A stretch of 24,000 nucleotides of DNA. Origin: Phycisphaeraceae bacterium (GTDB lineage Bacteria; Planctomycetota; Phycisphaerae; Phycisphaerales; Zrk34). Positions 1 to 6,817 of the stretch are shown here, in pieces. A program made the position numbers and the translations under genes. Numbering within the stretch: position 1 is the stretch's first letter; each line of letters opens with the position of its first letter. The notes beneath the pieces were generated by a model. That model was not told the DNA's origin, made no database searches, and worked only from the letters and a program-made list of their open reading frames with translations. The stretch is taken from positions 27,294 through 51,293 of the forward strand of contig JBBDRF010000063.1 in assembly GCA_040905565.1 (NCBI GenBank), given 5' to 3'.

Positions 1-413
1 CCAGGTCCACCAAGAGCACGGCCGGCACGGCGGAAGCTGCCCCGGCAAAGGTGAAAACCGCAGGGGCGAAGAAGACGGCGACCAAGGCCGCTGCACCCAA
101 AGCGGCCGCTGCCGCCAAGCCCGCCGCCCGCAAGACCACCGCGAAGGCCTCGGCCCCAAGTGAGGCCGTTACGCCGACAGCGCCCAAGACGCGCAACGGC
201 AACGGTGCCTCGACGCGGAAGTCGTCGGCCAAAGCCACCGCAGGTCACGGCAAAGGCAACGGTAACGGCGGGACGGCCCCGGCTCCGCTGAGTCATGAGC
301 AGATCGCGTCGCGCGCTTACGAGTTGTGGCTGCGGAACGGCTGCGCTCCGGGCCGCGATCACCAGAACTGGCAGGAAGCGGAGGCCCAGCTGCGGGCCGA
401 ACGCAACGCCTGA
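1..413 (+). CDS. Lys/Ala-rich (histone-H1-like low-complexity) protein with C-terminal DUF2934 domain; probably 5'-partial
   Basis: The frame is open from the window edge (codons from nt 3) to TGA 411-413. The first in-window start is GTG 51, which has no convincing SD, so the true start may lie upstream. The N-terminal part is K/A/T/P repeats (KKTATKAAAPKAAAAAKPAARKTTAKA). The C-terminal HEQIASRAYELWLRNGCAPGRDHQNWQEAEAQL fits the IAxRAYxLWxxxGxxxGxxxxxWxxAE core typical of DUF2934. Confidence 0.7.
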   Translation, partial: RSTKSTAGTAEAAPAKVKTAGAKKTATKAAAPKAAAAAKPAARKTTAKASAPSEAVTPTAPKTRNGNGASTRKSSAKATAGHGKGNGNGGTAPAPLSHEQIASRAYELWLRNGCAPGRDHQNWQEAEAQLRAERNA

Positions 414-439
414 CACAGATCAAGGGCGGAGGCGAGAAA

Positions 440-462
440 GCAGCTGCCGTCTTGGCGGCTGC
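440..462. terminator. GC-rich hairpin between convergent genes (candidate bidirectional terminator)
   Basis: GCAGCTGCC (440-448) pairs with GGCGGCTGC (454-462): 9 bp including one G-U, with a 5-nt loop GTCTT. On the minus strand the hairpin is followed by TTTCT (reverse complement of 435-439). On the plus strand it is followed by CCCTTCCC, so there is no U-tract. It lies 27 nt after the + gene stop and 70 nt after the - gene stop. Confidence 0.35.
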
Positions 463-531
463 CCCTTCCCGGGAGCCACGCAGCGTGAACGGACCATGGT
501 TGTCCCACGCGGCGTTTATCCGCCGACGTCT

Positions 532-822
532 TCATTTGATGCCCGTCGGGCCGCCGTTCTCCAGGTACTTTCGGCGGATGGCCGCTTCCAGATCAATGTC
601 ATTGATGTTCGCCAGCGTGCTGAGCCAGGCGATGCAGTCGGCGAATTCCTCCGCAAGGTTCTCGCGGTCGTCGCCATGCAGTGCGGTGGCCAGTTCGCCG
701 ACCTCTTCGATCAGCCACATGAACGTCGCTGGCGTGCCTCGGGCTTTGTCGTTTTCGTGGTAGCGATCGCGAATATGCTTCTGGAAACCGGCGAGGGTGA
801 CCGGGGGCGATGGTTCAGGCAT
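532..822 (-). CDS. MazG-like nucleotide pyrophosphohydrolase (small all-alpha NTP-PPase family)
   Basis: 96-aa ORF. The sequence FMWLIEEVGELATALHGDD...LAEEFADCIAWLSTLANINDIDLEAAIRRKY carries the EExGEL ... EE(F/L)AD ... L ... IDL pattern of MazG-type NTP pyrophosphohydrolase domains. Confidence 0.85.
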   Translation of the reverse strand: MPEPSPPVTLAGFQKHIRDRYHENDKARGTPATFMWLIEEVGELATALHGDDRENLAEEFADCIAWLSTLANINDIDLEAAIRRKYLENGGPTGIK

Positions 823-858
823 TGGGGAAAGGTCCTTTGATGGGGGGTTTCTATATAG

Positions 859-906
859 CCCCGGCCTTGGCCGGAGTTCCGGCTACTTCCCCGGCCAGGG
901 CCGGGG
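859..906. repeat. Two copies of a GC-rich palindrome (CCCCGGCC-NN-GGCCGG) 30 bp apart in the mazG-like/lnt divergent region
   Basis: CCCCGGCCTTGGCCGG (859-874) and CCCCGGCCAGGGCCGG(GG) (889-906). Each is self-complementary (6-8 bp arms). The copies differ only in the two central bases. Confidence 0.5.
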
Positions 907-979
907 CTATGTGGGCGGTCGCGCGCCCGCCGTTCGTCGCGGGGCCGACACGGGGGGCCCTCGGGTATACCATACACGC

Positions 980-3940
980 ATGAATCTTCGTGAGATGCCC
1001 AGGCAGTTGCCGATCGTTCGTTTGCCGCAGCAGGTCGGCCTGCTCGTGATGTGGGCCCTGATGATGGGGCTCGCGTTCCCCCGGCCGAACCTCTGGCTCC
1101 TGGCGTACGTGGCGCTGGTGCCGTTGACGCTGGTGGGGGTGCGTGGCAAGCCGATCGGCCGCGTGGTGGGGCTGACTTATGCCGTCGCGCTGGTGTGGTG
1201 GCTGGTGATGGTGGCCTGGGTGAACCCGGTCACGATTCCGGGCCATCTCACGGTGTCCGCTTACTTTGCGGTGTATCCCGTCGCCTTCGTGCTGCTGATG
1301 CGGTTGATCCATCGCCGTTTCGCCTGGCTTCCGTTTACGTTCACCGTTCCGCTGGTGTGGGTGGGGCTGGAGTATGTGCGGGGCTTGGTGATGACGGGGT
1401 TCCCGTGGTTTCTGCTGGGGCAGAGTCAGCCCACGTGGATCATCCAGATCGCGGACCTCGTCGGCACGTACGGCGTCTCTTTCTTCGTCGGCCTCACCAA
1501 CGGCCTCGTCGCCGACATCCTCACCAAACCTCTCGTCCGCCCGCTCAGTACAAACATCCCCGATGTTCCCCCCAACAGTCGCAATAGGTGGGGGGCAAGG
1601 TGGGGGGGGCCGTTGCGGGGGCCTTTGTTTGTGTGGTCGTTCATTTTGGCGATGACGCTTGCTTACGGTTACTACCGCACGCTTGAAACGGACATTCTTG
1701 AGCAGCAGGCCCCTTCGCTTCGGGTTGCGGTGGTGCAGACGGATGTGCCGCAGGACAACAAAGCTTCGCCGACGGACGAGCAGGACATCGCGAATTTCCG
1801 GGAGATGCTTCGCCTCAGTGAGGAAGCGATGCAGAGCGATCCGCCGCCCGATCTGATCGTTTGGCCGGAGACGATGGTGCCGCGTGCGATCAACGATGAA
1901 GCGGTCGCGTTCTGGGAATCGCAGGGCACGTTTTACGCCGACTATCGCAAGCTGATTGAGCAGTTCGCTGCGGAGCATGACGTGGCGATGATGGTCGGCG
2001 CCCACGCCATGACCGACTGGCATACCGTCGAGCGAGGGGATGGCCGATACTGGGTCGCGGGCGATCGGTACAATGCTGCCTATCTCATTGAGCCGACGGG
2101 CGGCATCACGGGGCGCTACGACAAACTGCACCGCGTGCCGTTCGGCGAGTACATGCCTTGGGTCGAGCATTGGCCGTTTTTGCAGGGGCTTGTCCTCAAA
2201 CTCACGCCGCACGAGACGGACTACTCGCTTCGGCCGGGTGAGGCGTACACCAATTTCACCATTCAGCCCGGTGAGCGGGCGTGGCAGATTGCCGCCCCGA
2301 TCTGTTTTGAGGACGTGGTCAGCTATGTGCCGCGCCGCATGGTGTGGCAGGATGATCGCAAAGCGGTCGATGTGCTGGTGAATCTCACGAACGATGGCTG
2401 GTTTGCCGGGACAGCTGAGGGCCCGCAGCACGAGCAGGTCGCACGCTTCCGGAGTGTGGAGAACCGCGTGCCGATGGCTCGGGCGGTGAATCGTGGCGTG
2501 AGTGGGTTCATCGACTCAGCGGGTAGAATACGTGGCCGAGTCGTGGTCGGCGGTGAAACTCAGGAAGTGGTCGGCACCGCGACGATGGACCTGAAGATGG
2601 ATAATCGGACAACGGTCTTCCAGCGCACCGGCGACCTGTTCGCGGGTTTATGCCTTGCGGGGACGATCGTTCTGGCCTTGATCGCTGTTTCTGGAAGACT
2701 GTTCAGGGGGTCTAAAATGGACTCAAAACGTGCGACGACAACAACAACGGCAGCCACTGTGCTGGCCTGCATGATGACGCTCACCTTCGCCGCTGGGCCT
2801 GCCGGGGCTGGGGAGGTCGATTGGCCACGCACCGGTCCCGCGGACGTGCTCGTCGGCCCAGAGCCTCTACGGCTGGAAGATCAGAACGACGCGCCCAACC
2901 CCAACCCGCGCGGCCGGTCGAACGACGAGCAGCGTCAGCGGCAGGGCGAGCGGGCGGAGCAGCGGCCGGATAATCCACTGCCACGCAAGAGCGTCGAGGA
3001 AATCCAGGCGATGGACGCCCCGGCCCTGGAGCAGTTTCTCATCAAGATGCTGGTGCGGGCCTCGATGAGCGACCACCCAGCCTTGCGATCCAATGCGATC
3101 GAAGCCCTGCAGGAACGGCCGGACCGCGCGTTGCCGGTGACGCATCGGGCGCTGGGGGATGAGAACCCGGGCGTACGCTTCGCCGCTGCGGTGACCGCGG
3201 GGTTGCTGGAATTCGAGGACATCGCCCCCGCTCTCAGGCCGCTGCTGAAGGATGAGCACCCAGCGGTGCGGGCGGCGGCGCTTTCTTCGCTGCACAAGCT
3301 CGGCGAGCGGGTGAACCTGACGCCGCTGGCCGACCTGCTGCGATCGCGTGAGCCGGCGATGCGGGGGAACATGGCGATGCTGCTGGGCTTGATGGGCGAC
3401 AAGAGCGCCGTGCCGATGTTGAAGCTTGCCGCGGTCGAGCCGATGCCGCGTGCCAGCGCCGCCGAGGCCGCCGTCGCACGGATCCAGATCGCCGAGGCCA
3501 TCGCGAAGCTGGGGGACGACTCGGGCCTCAGTTCGCTGCGTGGCGGGGCGTACAGCCAGTTTGATGAGGTTCGCGTCGTCGCCATCATCGCGATGGGCGC
3601 GGTGGGGGACCGGCGTATGGAGGTGGGTTTCGAGAAGCTTCTGGAAGATCCGCCGATGGAAATTCAGCTCGCCGCTGCCGGCAGCCTCGCGCGGCTGGGC
3701 AACGTGGAGGGGCGGTCGATCGCGACGGAGCTGGCCGAGCACGAGAACCCCGTCATCCGAGCGCAGGCGGCGTGGGTACTCGGCTGGTTTGAAGATGTTG
3801 TGACGATCGGCACGTTGAAAACCCTTCTCGCCGACGAGTCCGAGCAGGTCCGGCTGACTGCGGCGGCGTCGCTGTTACGGCGGCAACCGGCCGTGGCGAC
3901 GCCACGACCTGAGGAAAATACCGAGCAAAGAAATCCGTAA
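980..3940 (+). CDS. lnt: Apolipoprotein N-acyltransferase (Lnt) fused in frame to a C-terminal signal-peptide-like segment and a HEAT-repeat domain
   Basis: I take ATG 980 (MNLREMPRQLPIV...) as the start. The ORF-track start at 797 adds a G/R-rich non-coding-looking extension. Supporting features: a polytopic N-domain with GFPWFLLGQSQ; CN-hydrolase catalytic motifs LIVWPETMVP (Glu), YDKLHRVPFGEYMP (Lys) and APICFEDV (Cys); and a terminal TM LFAGLCLAGTIVLALIAV. There is no stop codon before the HEAT module, and the ORF ends at TAA 3938-3940. Confidence 0.9.
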   Translation: MNLREMPRQLPIVRLPQQVGLLVMWALMMGLAFPRPNLWLLAYVALVPLTLVGVRGKPIGRVVGLTYAVALVWWLVMVAWVNPVTIPGHLTVSAYFAVYPVAFVLLMRLIHRRFAWLPFTFTVPLVWVGLEYVRGLVMTGFPWFLLGQSQPTWIIQIADLVGTYGVSFFVGLTNGLVADILTKPLVRPLSTNIPDVPPNSRNRWGARWGGPLRGPLFVWSFILAMTLAYGYYRTLETDILEQQAPSLRVAVVQTDVPQDNKASPTDEQDIANFREMLRLSEEAMQSDPPPDLIVWPETMVPRAINDEAVAFWESQGTFYADYRKLIEQFAAEHDVAMMVGAHAMTDWHTVERGDGRYWVAGDRYNAAYLIEPTGGITGRYDKLHRVPFGEYMPWVEHWPFLQGLVLKLTPHETDYSLRPGEAYTNFTIQPGERAWQIAAPICFEDVVSYVPRRMVWQDDRKAVDVLVNLTNDGWFAGTAEGPQHEQVARFRSVENRVPMARAVNRGVSGFIDSAGRIRGRVVVGGETQEVVGTATMDLKMDNRTTVFQRTGDLFAGLCLAGTIVLALIAVSGRLFRGSKMDSKRATTTTTAATVLACMMTLTFAAGPAGAGEVDWPRTGPADVLVGPEPLRLEDQNDAPNPNPRGRSNDEQRQRQGERAEQRPDNPLPRKSVEEIQAMDAPALEQFLIKMLVRASMSDHPALRSNAIEALQERPDRALPVTHRALGDENPGVRFAAAVTAGLLEFEDIAPALRPLLKDEHPAVRAAALSSLHKLGERVNLTPLADLLRSREPAMRGNMAMLLGLMGDKSAVPMLKLAAVEPMPRASAAEAAVARIQIAEAIAKLGDDSGLSSLRGGAYSQFDEVRVVAIIAMGAVGDRRMEVGFEKLLEDPPMEIQLAAAGSLARLGNVEGRSIATELAEHENPVIRAQAAWVLGWFEDVVTIGTLKTLLADESEQVRLTAAASLLRRQPAVATPRPEENTEQRNP
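2717..3940 (+). other. Embedded module inside the lnt ORF: Sec-signal-peptide-like segment, charged linker and about 7 PBS-lyase/HEAT-like repeats
   Basis: ATG 2717 opens MDSKRATTTTTAATVLACMMTLTFAAGPAGAGE, with a basic n-region, a hydrophobic core and an AGA motif. AGGGGG at 2705-2710 sits 6 nt upstream. Repeats of the xxP/xVRxxAAxxLGxLG type are present: ENPGVRFAAAVTAGLL, EHPAVRAAALSSLHKLG, EPAMRGNMAMLLGLMG, NPVIRAQAAWVLGWF, SEQVRLTAAASLL. Confidence 0.6.
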
Positions 3941-4066
3941 AGAATTTGACACGCCCGCGCGTTTCCGGTACTTAAGACGTGCTAAGCGCGGTTAGGCCGG
4001 GCTAAGAAGTGGCAACGTAGTAATGGTTCGGCCGTTCAAAACTCTAAAGGCTCCTGGAGGCACCCC

Positions 4067-4927
4067 TTGAGCATTTTCAGCAAGATCTTCGTCGTGCTCG
4101 TAATGGTTCTTTCGGTCGTGCTGGTGGCGTTGATCGTCCCCTTCGCGATTAACACCGAAAATTATTACGACAAGTGGCAGTCTGAGGAAGCTCGGCGGCT
4201 CATCGCAGAGAACGCCCAGAGTAACCGCGAAGCCGAGTTCGCCCTCTCGCTCGATCGTGCCGAGCAGGAGAAAGACCGCCTGCGTCAGCAGGTGACCAGC
4301 CTCGAGACGGACCTGGCCGCCCAGAACCGTCGCATGAACGATCAGCAGCGCACGATCATCGATCTTCAGAACAAGAACTCCGATGTCCGCTCGCAACTCG
4401 CCCGCCTCAGCAGCGGTGTCGATCAGCAAGCCCAGGTCAATGCGGTGCTTCAGGAAGAGGTCCGTGAGCGTCGCGAGGGCGAGATCCGCCTGCAGACTCA
4501 GGCCATCGAGATCGGCGACGCCCTGCGGGAACGCTCGACGCAGGTCGACACGCTCGCACGCCAGATTCGTCTGCTTAAAGAGCACAACACCGACCTCAGC
4601 CGTCAGAACGAGGACCTCATGGCCCGCGTCGAGACCTCCTCCGGCCCGGAAGTGACCGAGGCGATGGACGGTGGCTTTGATCCGCAGACCGTCATCCGAG
4701 GCGGCGTCACGCATGTTCAGCAGATCGGCGATCAGACGTTCGTGGCCCTCAACGTCGGCAGCAACGACACCGTCCGCGAAGGCATGCGGTTCACCATCCA
4801 CGATGGTGACACCTACCTCGGCGACACGGTCATCACGCAGGTTGATCAGAACACCGCCGCCGGTCGTGTGATCCTTAAGCGTGGCGACATCACCTCCAGC
4901 GCCAAGGTCGTGGCCGGCCTCCGCTAA
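4067..4927 (+). CDS. Hypothetical membrane-anchored coiled-coil protein with a small C-terminal beta-rich domain
   Basis: TTG 4067 lies 6 nt after GGAGG (4056-4060). The N-terminal TM is IFVVLVMVLSVVLVALIVPFAI. About 170 aa follow that are heptad-like and rich in Q/R/E/L (LRQQVTSLETDLAAQNRRMNDQQRTIIDLQNKN...). The C-terminal sequence is VQQIGDQTFVALNVGSNDTVREGMRFTIHDGDTYLGDTVITQVD. I recognised no family. Confidence 0.75.
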   Translation: MSIFSKIFVVLVMVLSVVLVALIVPFAINTENYYDKWQSEEARRLIAENAQSNREAEFALSLDRAEQEKDRLRQQVTSLETDLAAQNRRMNDQQRTIIDLQNKNSDVRSQLARLSSGVDQQAQVNAVLQEEVRERREGEIRLQTQAIEIGDALRERSTQVDTLARQIRLLKEHNTDLSRQNEDLMARVETSSGPEVTEAMDGGFDPQTVIRGGVTHVQQIGDQTFVALNVGSNDTVREGMRFTIHDGDTYLGDTVITQVDQNTAAGRVILKRGDITSSAKVVAGLR

Positions 4928-5054
4928 AGAGGTCGCCGATCAGGCCTTCTACATGACGTCCGCCGTGCGTGGCCGCAGGGCCAGGGTGGTGCGAGGCGTC
5001 CGCAAATCGACCAAGTCCCTGTCGGCGAATGTGCCGACGCGACGGGAGCAGATC

Positions 5055-5228
5055 ATGTCTGAAAACATCAGCGACTCCAACGGCATCTTCAATGTTCTGA
5101 TCATCGTCGCGTTCGTCGCGCTGCTCGTGGGCGTCATCGTGATGTGGTCAACCAACGCCTCGCTCTTCGGCCCCGCGCTCGAAGATCTCGCGGGCGGCAT
5201 GAAGAACCCCTTCGGCATCGTCGACTGA
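5055..5228 (+). CDS. Hypothetical 57-aa single-pass membrane microprotein
   Basis: ATG 5055 is preceded by GGGAG (5044-5048). The sequence is MSENISDSNGIFNVLIIVAFVALLVGVIVMWSTNASLFGPALEDLAGGMKNPFGIVD, with one clear TM helix. Third-position G+C is high in this frame. The longer ORF-track start at 4881 adds an R-rich, non-coding-looking extension. Confidence 0.55.
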   Translation: MSENISDSNGIFNVLIIVAFVALLVGVIVMWSTNASLFGPALEDLAGGMKNPFGIVD

Positions 5229-5232
5229 GTGA

Positions 5233-5280
5233 TCCCTCCAATGCGGCTCCGCTTCAAAAACGAGCCGCGACGGTGAGGGA
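5233..5280 (+). terminator. Two-tier stem-loop 5 nt after the microprotein stop (terminator-like, no U-tract)
   Basis: Outer stem TCCCTC (5233-5238) / GAGGGA (5275-5280). Inner stem GCGGCTC (5243-5249) / GAGCCGC (5262-5268). The loop is 12 nt. No T-run follows, so any function as an intrinsic terminator is uncertain. Confidence 0.3.
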
Positions 5281-5661
5281 ACGTTCGGCTCAACGCCAGA
5301 GCAACACTGGGTGGTACGGTCCGGCCCACCTTCGTCTGTATCGATTCTCCTACGTGCACCTCGAACGTCGCTACGGTGCGGCAGAGCACGACGACCACTT
5401 ACCGGCGTACGTAATACGAAGCCCGATGCGGCGGTTCGGCGCGTTCGCGTCGTTGGCGTGTTTTCCACATGAGGACGTGCAACCATCGGTCGTGCAATCG
5501 CTCCGAATCACACCCTTGCGTGCGGGGCGAATGCGGGTAGGATGCCATCATTCGATCAGGTTGCCAGCGAATGTCGCTGGTTTCGGCTGTGGCGCGGTCG
5601 GCGCGTCTTCAAGCGGCCATCTCCACCACCCCGCGATGCGTGAGTAAGAAAGTAGACGGCG

Positions 5662-6711
5662 TTGATTGACGGCCTGCTAGGTTGGTTCAGCATCGACATG
5701 GGCATCGATCTGGGCACGTGCAACACGCTGGTTTGCGTGCGCGGGGAGGGCATTGTGCTTAATGAGCCCTCGGTGGTGGCCGTGGTGAAGAACACCAACC
5801 GCGTGCTGAACAACGGCAACGCGGTCGGTGCCGTCGCCAAGGAAATGCTCGGCAAGACGCCGGGCTCGATCACCGCGATCAGACCCCTCAAAGACGGCGT
5901 CATCAGCGACTTCGAAATCACCGAAGCGATGATGTCCTACTTCATCCGCAAGGTTCAGGGCCGTACGCGGTTCATCGGACCGCGGGTGGTGATCTCGATT
6001 CCCTCAGGCATCACGGCGGTCGAGAAGCGAGCGGTGCTCGAATCGGCCGAGCGGGCCGGGGCAAGGCGGGTTTACCTCGTTGAAGAGCCGATGGCGGCAG
6101 GCATCGGGGCCGGGCTGCCGATCGCTGAGGCCACGGCGAGCATGATCGTGGACATCGGCGGCGGCACGACGGAGGTCGCCATCATGTCGCTGGCGGACAT
6201 CGCCGAGTGCACCAGCGTCCGCGTGGCGGGTGATGATTTCGACGAAGCGATCATCAACCACATGAAAAAGACGTACAACCTGATGGTCGGCGAGCAGACG
6301 GCCGAACGCATCAAGATCGAGATCGGCTCGGCGGCCCCGCTCGAAGAAGAGCGCACCATGGAGGTCCGCGGCCGGGACATGATCAGCGGCCTGCCTCGCA
6401 AGACCGTGGTCACCAGCGAAGAAATCCGCGATGCTTTGCAAGAGCCCCTCACCTCCATCATCAGTGCGGTGACGCGCACGCTGGAACGGGCAGAGCCTGA
6501 ACTTGCTGCGGACCTTGTCGACAACGGCATCTGCCTCGCGGGCGGCGGGGCGCTGCTGCGGGGCATTGCAGAAATCATGTCCAATGCGACGGGGCTGGAG
6601 ACGCGCATTGCTGAGGATCCGCTCACTTGCGTCGCTCGGGGGACGAGCATCTATCTGGAAAACATCGAAGAATGGAAGAAGACGCTTGAGAGCGACTTCG
6701 ATGACGGTTGA
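5662..6711 (+). CDS. mreB: Rod shape-determining actin homologue MreB
   Basis: MIDGLLGWFSIDMGIDLGTCNTLVCVRGEGIVLNEPSVVAV aligns residue for residue with the E. coli MreB N-terminus, supporting TTG 5662 as the start (ATG 5698 is an alternative). Other motifs: DIGGGTTEVAI, LAGGGALLRGI, EDPLTCVARG. Confidence 0.97.
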   Translation: MIDGLLGWFSIDMGIDLGTCNTLVCVRGEGIVLNEPSVVAVVKNTNRVLNNGNAVGAVAKEMLGKTPGSITAIRPLKDGVISDFEITEAMMSYFIRKVQGRTRFIGPRVVISIPSGITAVEKRAVLESAERAGARRVYLVEEPMAAGIGAGLPIAEATASMIVDIGGGTTEVAIMSLADIAECTSVRVAGDDFDEAIINHMKKTYNLMVGEQTAERIKIEIGSAAPLEEERTMEVRGRDMISGLPRKTVVTSEEIRDALQEPLTSIISAVTRTLERAEPELAADLVDNGICLAGGGALLRGIAEIMSNATGLETRIAEDPLTCVARGTSIYLENIEEWKKTLESDFDDG

Positions 6712-6817
6712 CCCTGCCCACTTGGCCGTTCGAACTTCCCGTTCGCGACCTGCTGCGTGCGCTCGTGAGCCCGTGGTGACATCAGGGCGGGGCGTGCGGA
6801 CGAAGGCGAGGTCCTGA

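Noticed and set aside
797-979. N-terminal extension of the lnt ORF (ORF-track start 797)
   Set aside because: The extension (MTGGDGSGIGERSFDGGF...GRAPAVRRGADTGG) is G/R-rich, overlaps the mazG-like gene start and the palindrome-bearing promoter region, and precedes a natural Lnt N-terminus at ATG 980.
851-2431. 526-aa ORF antisense to lnt
   Set aside because: It is R/H/P-rich with no recognisable domain, and it lies entirely opposite a gene with unambiguous Lnt motifs. This is a typical shadow ORF of a high-GC genome.
3946-3974. Perfect -35 TTGACA + 17 bp + TACTTA upstream of the coiled-coil gene
   Set aside because: The -10 candidate matches only the TA of the consensus. Without a TSS the call is not supportable. 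I noted it only as a possible promoter region.
4025-4036. tRNA T-loop-like GGTTCG strings in intergenic regions (here and near 5445)
   Set aside because: The flanking bases do not form a T-stem, and no acceptor, D or anticodon arms can be drawn. These are not tRNA genes.
3992-4801. 269-aa ORF antisense to the coiled-coil gene
   Set aside because: It has no SD and no TM or domain features. The + strand frame has a GGAGG SD, a clear TM anchor and heptad periodicity. Antisense ORFs are common opposite low-stop coiled-coil genes.
5144-5647. 167-aa + strand ORF covering the mreB upstream spacer
   Set aside because: It overlaps the microprotein gene out of frame, uses rare codons (TTA, GTA, ATA, CGA), has lower third-position G+C than real genes here, and has no SD or recognisable motif.
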